Positions 51,120 through 62,700 of a stretch of 64,000 nt of DNA are shown piece after piece. The notes beneath the pieces are model-generated. The model saw only the letters and a list, made by a program, of their open reading frames with translations, was not told the origin of the DNA and made no database searches. This stretch comes from an uncultured cyanobacterium. Its GTDB lineage: Bacteria > Cyanobacteriota > Cyanobacteriia > Cyanobacteriales > Cyanobacteriaceae. A program made the position numbers and the translations under genes. Each line of letters begins with the position of its first letter. The stretch's first letter is position 1. The stretch is from assembly GCA_963710605.1 (NCBI GenBank), contig CAVQBA010000006.1:800001-864000 (forward strand), in the 5' to 3' direction.

Positions 51120-51968
51120 TCAAAAATTTCCCTCAGCGACTTGAAATACAGTTAAACCTAAACTACGCCACATATCAACTACTTGATTACGATCGTCGAG
51201 AATAAATTTGATATTATATTGAGGACGAATTAATTGTTCGTATATTTCTTGCTTGATGATTGAATCTTTTCGCATATCACCAGATGCGCGCATATACAAA
51301 GCCGTATAATTAACTTTATATTCTCGTAACCATTTTTGGGTTAATTCTTTACCATCATCTGTACGCCCAGATAAAATGATAATTTTGGCACTATCTTGCC
51401 ATTTTGCTACGGTTTCTAAAACAGGTTGGTTAGGTAAATCTCGATCGCATTTAGATACATCAAAAGGACTTCGATCGCCCATTAGTGCTAAAGTACCATC
51501 CATGTCAACAATAATAGCATCTTCAAGTTCAGGGTTGTATTCTGGTAGTGCAGTTGGTTTAGCCACGAATTGATAATACATATTTAAAATGACATCTTTA
51601 CCCACAGAATTTGTTCTTTTTAAATCTCTTTTAATACATTCTTCTACAGGCACATCTAAAAAAGAATTATCTACTTTTACTTCTGCTTTACCTTTAACTA
51701 ATTGGCTAATTTGTGCAATATGAGTACTAAAATTGGTATCATCAATAATGACGTGTTTACCTTCTTCTAACGCCATTAAAATAATTTGATTTCTTAATTT
51801 AATAATAAATTTTTCGTTACTTTTCGTCCAATGAGAAGCATGACACATTTCTCTAAGCAAATCTTTATTTACTCGTAGCCAACGCCCTTTTTCTTTTAAT
51901 AACAATTCTTTGGCATAAGTTGATTTTCCTGACGCAGGTAAACCTTGTAAAATCACAACTTTCTTCAT
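51120..51968 (-). CDS. Polynucleotide 5'-kinase / 3'-phosphatase (phage T4 PseT/Pnkp-like)
   Basis: P-loop GLPASGKST, RVNKDLLR, IIDDTN, CIKRDLKR lid; HAD domain VDMDGT, LSGR, RKDSIIK, LDDRNQVVDMWR. Confidence 0.9.
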   Translation of the reverse strand: MKKVVILQGLPASGKSTYAKELLLKEKGRWLRVNKDLLREMCHASHWTKSNEKFIIKLRNQIILMALEEGKHVIIDDTNFSTHIAQISQLVKGKAEVKVDNSFLDVPVEECIKRDLKRTNSVGKDVILNMYYQFVAKPTALPEYNPELEDAIIVDMDGTLALMGDRSPFDVSKCDRDLPNQPVLETVAKWQDSAKIIILSGRTDDGKELTQKWLREYKVNYTALYMRASGDMRKDSIIKQEIYEQLIRPQYNIKFILDDRNQVVDMWRSLGLTVFQVAEGNF

Positions 51969-52100
51969 TATTTCTTTACTCCTAATTACTTTTTATTTTA
52001 TATCTCAATTACGATCGTTTTAATCTTACTTCCCTTGTAATGAATTACAAAGCTAACAGATATCATTTAATAAATTAAACTCAGATTAAATAACCATAAT

Positions 52101-53210
52101 CTAATTATCAATTGATGAAGAATTATTACCACTTAAATCAATATTTTCTATCTCTAATAATTGCTCTATTTTAGGTAAACTAGTTTTTATTAAAGCTTCT
52201 TTTATTGTCGGCGATTTTTTTGCTCTCAGGGCAAACAAAACACCACTATAAGGTAAATGTTTAATTGACATGGCAAAATCTTTTTGTAACTCGATCGAGC
52301 TATATTGATTATAATCAGTTTCTATTTTTTTGACTAATTTATCATACTTACTTTCAATTTCTTGATAATAATCTTGCCATTCAGGATAATAACTCAAAAA
52401 TTCATCACCTTCATGATTAACAATAATTGATAACATTTTACGAGTCGAAAAACTCGATCGAAAATGAGCCATTGCTACATATTGAGATGATTTCACCTTC
52501 ACCCGACGAAAATCATCATCACAAATTACATAACCTTCAGCTTCGATTGGTGGCAATTTTTCCGCTGAATTAACAATATCTTGCCAATTAGATAAAGAAA
52601 AAGTTTTAACTAAATTAAAACCATATTTTTCTGCCCAAGATTGTGGTTTTTCTTCTTGTAAAGTCGAGATATTTCTTACTCCGTGTAAAACCAAATTATT
52701 AGTTAATTGTTGCACCACAATTCGATTATAAGGAGTCATTAATTCAAAGACAAAACAATAGTCTTTTTCTTCAGGTAACGTATAACCTAACTCATGCCAA
52801 ACTCGCCAAAATAAATCAGCAAAACTAAATTTAAAACCATTAACCTCACCGCTACCATCAGCCGTACCACTAGATTGTACTTGCCATTGACCATCATAAT
52901 AGTAAAGTACCATCAAAGAGCCATCTAATTTATCATAAACGATCGCACTCTCCCAATCGATTGTTGAGGCATTAATTTCACCATAATTAAAAAATTTGTC
53001 ATAAGCATAAGAAACAACCTGCCAATTTTCTTTTTCATTCAGAATAATTCCTCGGCATTGTTGAGCCACAATTTCACTCATCGGTGATTCTATTTGCGAA
53101 TATTTAAGACAGACTAAATGAGGATATTTTTGGTGGCGATTTACTTTGATTTTATACTCTTCCTCTAATTTTTCTAATCCATTTTCTCGTAAATATTTTT
53201 GTAATTCCAT
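52101..53210 (-). CDS. ATP-dependent RNA ligase, T4 Rnl1 (RnlA)-like
   Basis: CRGIIL, DKFFNYGE, motif I KLDGS, motif III FEL, motif IV EGYV, motif V VKVKS. Confidence 0.88.
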   Translation of the reverse strand: MELQKYLRENGLEKLEEEYKIKVNRHQKYPHLVCLKYSQIESPMSEIVAQQCRGIILNEKENWQVVSYAYDKFFNYGEINASTIDWESAIVYDKLDGSLMVLYYYDGQWQVQSSGTADGSGEVNGFKFSFADLFWRVWHELGYTLPEEKDYCFVFELMTPYNRIVVQQLTNNLVLHGVRNISTLQEEKPQSWAEKYGFNLVKTFSLSNWQDIVNSAEKLPPIEAEGYVICDDDFRRVKVKSSQYVAMAHFRSSFSTRKMLSIIVNHEGDEFLSYYPEWQDYYQEIESKYDKLVKKIETDYNQYSSIELQKDFAMSIKHLPYSGVLFALRAKKSPTIKEALIKTSLPKIEQLLEIENIDLSGNNSSSIDN

Positions 53211-53230
53211 CTTTTTTATTAGTTAACTAT

Positions 53231-53338
53231 TATAGCAATTGTTAGTATTATGAAGCACATATCGATCCCCCTAAATCCCCCTTATTAAGGGGGACTTACT
53301 ATTTTTTGTTGTACCTCGTAAGTATGGGAAAAGCTATA
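53231..53338. mobile_element. 108-bp TATAGC/GCTATA MITE
   Basis: Imperfect TIRs (TATAGCAATT...TGAAGCACA vs TATAGCTTTT...CGAGGTACA); internal CCCCCTAAATCCCCCTT/AAGGGGGAC hairpin; aligns with the reconstituted 13746-14235 copy. Confidence 0.85.
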
Positions 53339-53742
53339 ACTATTAATCTTATTCTTTTTGTTAGTCTCAGAAATAAAAGTTTAAATACTTCATAAAAAGC
53401 AAAACTAATTAAACTAAATTAATAAAAAATATCTATTCTTACTTTACATTTTTTAAAACTAACATTAAAAAAAACTTATAAAAGTAGCCTTGGCTTACTT
53501 TCTATCCAATAATTAATAATTTTACATAAATTTATTTTTTATTTTGTTATTTACTTTTATAATTTTTGATGAAGAGATAGTTTTAGAATTTTGAGTTCTT
53601 ATAATATTGTTTGACATTGAGCCTTAACTAAAAAAACTAGATTGTAAGATTTTAACTTACTAGTTAACTCGTCAATTCACGATCGAACAATATTTTAAAT
53701 TATCTTGTCATTCAACCAAATTAGATTAACATTCTTACGCCA

Positions 53743-56700
53743 ATGATGTTTGTAAATTCACTGGATTATTTATCAGTATCGACAGTTAAAATTGAATCAA
53801 TACCTAATAATTTATTTGTTGAAAAATATACTAATGTAATTTCAGTCAATGATACTAATTTCAATCATAGTCTAAATATTTCTCATTCAAACGAGGCAGA
53901 AATACTTAATTATTGGCTTAGTTTTTCACAGGAGGATAATTTATCAAATCAATTCTCACAAGTCAGTATAGACGCTATAGCTACAAATACACAAGCTTCT
54001 TTTACGACTCAAGACACGACAGAATATGATAGTTTAATTATTCAAGTACAATCAGAAGTACAAGATAGTTTAACGAGTTTTGTTAATCAGGAAAATTACG
54101 ATTGTCTCATCACTAATACTTTTGATAATCAATGGAATTCTCATGACTTAAAGTTATCTATCAATAATTATTTACAAGGAATCGATACACCTAAAATACA
54201 AATTATTACGACTGATGACGAGCAAGTTTTAAAAGGGGCTTTTAGCGTTAACAATAATACTATTTACTTAGAACAAGGCTTTTTGCAGGAAAACATTAAT
54301 CAAGTTACTATCGTTAAAGATGTTTTGATTGAAGAATTAGGACATTTTTTCCAAAGCCAAAATAGCGATGTAGATATAGAAGGAGATGAAGGAGAATTAT
54401 TATCAAATCTAGTTACCGATAAACCATTAACTGATGCCCAAATAGCCGAAATTAAGCAAGAAAACGATCGACAATTAGTCTTAATAGATAAGCAACTTTT
54501 ACTAATCGAAAAAGCATCATTAGCAGGTACAGAAGAATTAGTTACAGTCGGGGAAGATTCTGATACTATTATTCAAATTCCTGAGGCTGAAAATCGATCG
54601 TTTCCACTGATTTTTAATTATGGTAAAATTGAAGGCACTTATCAAAACGAAATAGGTGTTTTTCTTACCGATGAAAATGGTAATGTAGATGGAGTAGCAC
54701 CTACAGAAGCTAACTATACCGAAACAGTTTTAAATAGTAGTAGTCGGCAAATCATTTTTAATGGTGATGACACCACAGGTAATTGGCGAGAAATAGAATT
54801 TGTAAGTGGCTCGAATTTGGCTTTTTATCTAGTCTCCAATGATAGTAGTCAAGCTTATTTAGATGCGGTGAATAATAATGCGACTGAAAAACCCGATGTC
54901 TTTTTCTCAATTCAAAATGCTAATGATGATGGTTTAAGTTACGTTACCAAGCAAGATTTAGGGGCAGGTATTTGGCAATTAAATTGGGAAGACTTGTTAG
55001 GAGGAGGAGATTTAGATTATAACGATGTCGTTTTTACTGTCAATCAAAAAGGAATCAAAGCACCAGGGAATGAAAGTCAAACCACACCACTTCAAGTTGA
55101 GTTTGCTTCTAGTCAAGCCGATTATAATAACGAAATTGGTTTATTTTTAGTTGATGATGCGGATGGTACTATTAATGGAATTGCCCCTGGGGATAGTGGC
55201 TATGTGCAACAAGTTTTTCAGCCTGATAATTTTGAAGTAGTTTTTACCCAAGGAAATCCTAACGGTAGCAGAGATTTAGATTTAGAAGGTGGTCAATATA
55301 TCGGTTGGTATCTCATCAGCGATAATACTACTGCTGAATTTTTACAAACTAATCCAGACAATAATCCTAATGGCGAGACGGTTGCTTTTTTCTCTTATGC
55401 TCAAGCTAATCCAGATGAGTTATATTATTTAAACTACAATTCTAGTAGTCAATTAGCATGGGAAGATATGTTAGGTGGAGGAGATTTAGATTACAATGAT
55501 TTTGTCTTCAATTTCAATTTTGGTACTCCTAGAGATATAACTACAGATATAACAATCGCTGTTGAAGATGTATCGATTGAAGAAGAAAATGAAGGAGTAA
55601 AACAAGTCCAATTAACGGTAACTTTATCACAAGAGGCTTTAGAAACAGTTACGGTAGATTATGCCACTAGCGACGATACTGCTATAGCAAATCAAGATTA
55701 TCAACCTGTCAGTGGTAGTTTGAGTTTTGCTCCTGGGGAAGTAGAAAAAACGATTGCTATTTCGATTTTAGGAGATGTGATTGATGAAATAGATGAGTTA
55801 TTTAATTTTGAATTGAGTAATGCTGATAATGCAGTCATAAGCGATGGAATTGCTGAAGTAACGATTATTGATGATGATACCGATGACACATCTGTTGGTA
55901 TTACTGCGGATATAGCTAATGATACTGGAATTGATGATGACGATCGGATTACATTCAATCCGACTATCAACGGAGAAACTGAAAATGCGACTACACTTTT
56001 GGCTAGTTTTAATGGAGACGAATTTGTCGATTTAACTGAGATTTTGACAGCGGATGGTAATTTTACTTTAGGTATAGAGCAATACTCTCGTTCTAACCAA
56101 TGACTTACCTAATGGAGAATATACAATAGAGTTTAAAGCTAGAAATGATACGGGAGAAGAAGAAACAACTACCGTTAGTTTTACCCTCGATTTAAGCACA
56201 CCTGATGTTAGTTTGAGTTTAGCCCCACAAAGCGATACAGGAGAGCAAGGAGACAAAACAACTACAGAATATAAAGTTGATTTAACAGGAACTACAGAGC
56301 CGGGGTTAGAGGTAATTTTAGCCGAAACTCAAGAGATTATAACTGCTGATGAGAATGGTAATTTTACTTTCACTGATGTAGATATTTCGAGAATAGGAGA
56401 AACTAATTTTAATGTAGTGGTAGTAGATGAAGTAGGAAACCAAAATCGAGTCAGAGAATTTGTTACTAGAGAAGGGATAAATACTGCACCTGAGATTATT
56501 AGCACTCCTGAAACTGTTTTTGATATTGAGACAAATTCTATTTATACCTATCAAGTAGAAGCAGAAGATATTGATGGAGATACTCTCAGTTATGACTTAG
56601 CAGAATCGCCTTTTGGAGCAGAAATTGATGATAATGGTTTATTAACTTTTGAATCCGTTACCGAATTTTTATTACCTAGTTATGAATTTACGGTACAAGT

Positions 56701-59700
56701 TAGCGATGGTAGAGGTGGTGTTGATACTCAAACTTTTACAGTAGAAATCTTAGCTTCTGCTAATTTAGGCACAATTAAAGGTACTAAATGGGAAGATAGT
56801 AATGGTGATGGTATTTTCGATGGTTCAGAATCAGGTTTGGCAGATGTAACTGTTTATCTCGATACTAATAATAACGGTGTTTTAGATAACAACGAACCTT
56901 TTAGAATCACAGCAGAAGACGACACTAATACTCCCAATATTGATGAAACAGGACAATATGAATTTAATAATCTTGAAGCGGATACTTATATTGTTCGAGA
57001 ATTAATTCCCGAAGGATTTGAGCAAACATTTCCTGGTAGTGAAACGGCGATAGGAGATGGTTACGCCGATATTGTACTTGATTACTTTAATAGCGGAACG
57101 GGAACATTTCAACAACCTTATGGAGCGAATAATGCAGGAGATTTTCCTGTATTAGTTCCTGAAGATATTATTTTAGGTAGTGATACACTGGGTGCACTTT
57201 CTCTTCCTACAGGTTCATTCGTTACGGTAGGCTTTACTGACGAAATCATTATTGATGGTTTAGGAGATGATATTTTCATTCCTGAAGTAGGTGAAGCAGG
57301 AGAAAGGGCAGAAGTATTTGTTAGTTCTGACCTAGAAAACTTCACTTATATAGGAATTGGTAATGGAGGTATTACTTCTCGTTTCGATCTTGCTTCTATT
57401 AATTTTACAGAACCTGTTCGTGCCATAAAAATTGTCGGGTTAGATAATAGAGGTTCTAGCCCTGGATTTGATGTAATAAATGTTCAAGGTTTACCTGGTA
57501 GTGTTACTAGTCTAAATTATCATGTTGTTGAATTAGAAGCAGGAGAAGTCGTTGAAAATATTGATTTTGGTAATCGTTTAGTTGATACAACAGGAAATCA
57601 AGCTCCTGAATTTACTAGTAATCCTATTGTCAATGGAGTTGTTGATAACGAGTATCTCTATCAACCCACTGCGATCGATGCTAATAATGACGAACTAACA
57701 TTCTCGATCGTTGAAAGTCCAGCAGGAATGATAATCGAAGCAGAAACTGGGTTATTATTATGGACACCAACAACGGCACAAATCGGCGATATTACCGTCA
57801 CCATTCAAGTTACCGATACGGGTGGCTTAAGTGATACTCAAACTTTTGTTATTGCGGTAGTCGATCGGGTTACTAATAATAATCCTATCTTTATCAGCGA
57901 AGCAATTACCGATTTTACTTTAGGCATACCAAATACTGCCGTAGGAGATGTAACCCCCGAATTATTATCTCTGAGTCTTGGTAGTGGCGAAACGATAACC
58001 GAATCAGTCTCTATAACCTTACCTACAGGAGGAACATCAACAGGTGGACAAGCTGATATAGTCTTTGTAGTAGATGAATCTGGTTCGATGGATACGGAAC
58101 ATCAATGGCTTACTAATATGGTATTAGAGCTAGATGAAGCCCTGACAGAGCAAGGTATTACCGATAATCGTTATAGTTTGATTGGTTATACCAATAATAC
58201 TCGAATATTCAATTTAGCTTCTCAGGCAGAAGTATCTATTTATGCACCCGATAATCAATTAGTTGCTAGTGGTACGTTTGCAGATATTATTGAAAGCAAT
58301 GAAGTAGAGATAAATTTGGTTGATGGTACTTACACTGTTGTTATCAGTCAAATTGGTGATAATGTGTCTGTTGAGTATGATTTTACAGCTAGTCTCTCCG
58401 ATATTGAATCCGTTGCTTTGGATTAAAAATTTAATACAGTCATAACGGGTAATGTCGAACCAGACGTAGAAGAAACTTATACTTTTACTGCCCCTGCGGG
58501 TACTCAAATAGTATTTGATGGTTTGAGTTCAACTTTTAACGATATTCTTGCCCGATTGGTAACTCCAACAGAGGAAAATATATTTAATCGCATTCGTTTT
58601 AATCAAGATAGTAATGCTTTTGTTTTACCAGAAAATGGCAGTTATTCTTTAGTTGTTAATGGCGGTAATAGCGGCGGCGATTATAGTTTCCAACTTTTAG
58701 AATTGGGCTCTTCTGCGAATAACATCGATTTAGATACTCAAGTAACAGGCTCAATTGATAATGCTTTGGAGACACAAATATTACAATTTGAAGCCACTTC
58801 AGGACAAAATATTTACTTTGACTCTACTGATAATAATTTTTTGAGTGCTAATGTTTCAGTTTATGGGGGAGGAAATAAAATATTAGGTAATAATTCTAGC
58901 TTGAGAGATTTCATTTTCGATATTCCTAGCGATGGAATTTACAATCTCATTATTCAAAGTAATACTGAAGAAGTAATTAATTATGATTTTACTTTGGTAA
59001 CACCAGAATTACAACAAGCAAGTATCGAAATTGGTGAGACAACTACAGGTAATTTAGCCGAAGCAGGAGAAAAAGATTTATATTTAATTGAAGGTACAGC
59101 AGGGCAAAGAATTTGGTTTGATGGTTTAGCCTCTGATAGCTTTTTTGATATTGATGCTGATTTATTTAGTATTGATGGAAAGCAAATTCTCAATAATACA
59201 AGATTAAATCAAGATTCCAGTCCTATTATTTTGCCTACTTCTGGTACATATTCTTTAGTTGTTAGCGGGGGTGATGTAACTGGTAATTATAGCTTCCGTT
59301 TACTAGATTTAGATGATGATGCTATTAATATAAACACCCAAGTTGAAAATCAGACAGAAATTGATATTACTTTAGAAACAGGTTTAGAAACAAAACTCTA
59401 TCAATTTGAAGGCACAGCAGGACAACAACTTGTTTTTGAATCAATCTCAGCTTCTTCCTTTTTTACTGATGATTGGCAAATTAATGGCGTAGATAACGTT
59501 CAATTAAATCGAACACCAATTAACAATGATTTTGTCGTAACTCTACCTGCTAACGGCATATATACTCTACTGGTTGATGGTAGTAATAGTAATCTTACTG
59601 ACTTTACTTTTAAAGTTTTTGAACAAACGATTGAAGAACAAAACATTGCCTTAAATACAACTATTTCAAGTAGTTTAGCTAATAATGGCGAACAAGATAT

Positions 59701-62700
59701 TTATCGCTTTACTGGTAACGCAGGACAAAGAATTTGGTTTGATGGTTTAATTGCTTCTGACACTTCTAATATTAATGTCGATCTTAGTACTCCTACAGGT
59801 CAATCGCTTATTAGTAATCAAGATGTTGATGATGACTCGAATATGTTAATTTTACCTGAGTCTGGGACTTATACCATTACGGTAACAGGTGATAATGTCA
59901 CGGGTGATTATAGTTTCCGAGTTTTAAATCTAAGTGATGCCGAATCGATCGATTTAGATGAAGATATTAATGCTACTAACGATTTAGCTCGAAGTACTCA
60001 GTTATATAGTTTTGATGGTAGTATTGGGCAACAACTGTTAATTGATATGGTTGATGTTGATAGTATTTTCAACGGTAGTTGGCGTTTGTATGGTGCTAGT
60101 TCTGATGAAGCGATTGCTTCTGATAATCGTTTAGAAGATTTCAATGTTACTTTACCTGTTGATGATACTTATACTTTGGTCGTTTTAGGTAGTACTAATG
60201 ATTCTTTTGAATATACTTTTAATATTAACGATGTTACTATCTCTTCTAATATCAACCCTAGTGGATTTAATACGATTCAAACAGGTACATTAGCTACTGT
60301 TGAGGAAGAAGATATATTTACCTTTGATGCGGTGGCAGGTACTCGCTTTGTCTTTGATGGTTTGACTTCTGATTCTTCAAGCATCCGAGCAAGATTAACT
60401 TCCCCCGATAGCACTCAACTTTTTTCTAGTGTAAGATTAACCAATAATTCTAGTGAACTAACTTTACCTGAGTCTGGTACTTATTCTTTAACCGTTAGCG
60501 GTGCAGTAGGTGATTATAGTTTCCGTATTCTCGATCTTAATGAAGCTACAACTATTCCCCTTGATGAGGTATTTAACGGTAGTATGACTCAAGGTAGTGG
60601 GATTGAAGTATATGAGTTTCAAGGTACAGCAGGACAACAGTTATACTTTAACGGTATTTCTTCTACGGGTTCAGGAGATTGGCGATTATATAGCCCCGAT
60701 AATCGAGAAATTGATACCAGTCGCTTAACAAGTAATTTTGAAGCAACTTTACCTAGTAATGGTACTTATAAAGTCTTAATTGATGGACAGGATTCAAATC
60801 CTTTTGACTTTAGTGTAGAGATTGTCAATACAGAAATTCAATCCTCAACTATTAGTATTGATGAAATTGTTACTGATTCTTTAACTAAACTGGGTAGCAA
60901 GCATATTTACAGCCTTGATGGCACAGCAGGGCAAAGAGTATTATTTGATGGTTTGGGTTCAACTATTTTCAGTTTTGGTAGTGCTACGGCTGTTTTAAAT
61001 AGTCCTTCTGGCGAGCAAATAATGAGTAGTACCCGTACTTATCAAGATTCTGACTCATTTATCCTACCCGAATCGGGAGAATATTCTTTAGTAGTCAGTG
61101 TAACGAATGAAGCGGATGATTATAGTTTCCGTTTGCTCAATCTCGATAATCCTACTATTACTAATATTGCTTTAGATACAGTAATTGAAGATTCGATTGC
61201 GACTGATTTTGGCACCCAACTTTATCAGTTTACTGGTACAGCAGGACAAGAATTATTCTTTAATGGTTTAGATAATAGTGAACCTGTAACTTGGAGGGTT
61301 ATAGGAGCAACCAATGGAGAATTAGCAGACCAATCTTCTTTCCGAGATTTCAAGATAACTTTACCTTACGATGGTATTTATACACTTGCCATTGACAGCG
61401 ATAATAATAATCCTGTTGATTTTAGCTTTGAAATTGTCACTCCTAATTCTTCGGTTTCAACTATTGATTTGAATGAAGTTGTTACAGGAGAATTAAGTAA
61501 ATCAGGTGAAACAGATATTTATCAATTTACTGGTACAGTTGGGCAGAGAATCTTATTTGATGGTTTAGCATCTTCTGCCGATGAAATAGAAGTTTCTTTA
61601 ATTACGCCCACAGGTAAAAGTGGTTTTAGTAGTTTTCCTAATCGTTTCGATCTAAACGAAAATTCCGATACTCCTCTTACACTATCAGAAGCAGGTACTT
61701 ATTCTTTAATTGTTAATAGTGGTAATGGTAGTGCGGGTACTGTTACTGGTAACTATGGTTTTCAAATACTTGATGTTACTAATCAATTGAGTACAAATAC
61801 AAATACCACAGGTATATTTAACACTCTTAATGAATCTCAAGTCTTTCAATTTGAAGGTATTCAAGGACAAAAATTAGCTATTACTCCTACTGAAGGTGTA
61901 TTTGGTACGGCAGAACAATTATCTAATGCTACTGCTTTCTTGAGTACTGGTCAAGGTTTGACGGAGGATGGTTATTTGGGAATTGATAGGGCTTTGAATT
62001 TACCTTTCCGTCAAGGTTCAGCAGTAAATATTATTTTAGTTACGGACGAAGATCGAGATATAGCTGATGAGTCTTTGAATTTTGAAACTATTTTTAACGG
62101 TTTAGATGAGCAAAATTCTCTTCTTAATGTCACTATTAATGGTACTTTTTTAGATGGTGATGGTAATACGGCGTTGGGTGTAGATTCTGATGGTATTGCT
62201 TATATTGCTGATGGTACAGGAGGTTTTACTACAGCATCAGGTGGGGCGTTTGGAGAAGTAGGCAATAATCCAGATAGTACAGATCCTTTTAATTCTACTC
62301 AAGCAGATTATGTAGATTTAGCTTGGGATATTGGTGGAGCGGGATGGGATTTGAATCAGTTGAGAGAAGGTGGTGATACTGCAATATCTTTTACTGAAGC
62401 CTTTGTTAGTGTTAAAGCTCAAGAAATCGGCGAACAACTAGCGATCGATCTTTTATTCCCTAACAATAACATTACGGTAGAAAACTTAACAGGACAAGTA
62501 TTTGGCATTAACCCCAACGAAACCGCTACCTTTGAAGTTGAAATTACAGGAGATGGATTAGCTAGTAGTACTGAAATCTTATTTGTTCGCCCCGATACTA
62601 ACTTTGTCTTAGGTTCAATTCCTGTCGTTATTAATCAAAATTACATTTATTTAGCTCAAGCGATCGATCCCGATGGCGATTCTTTAACTTATAGTTTGGT

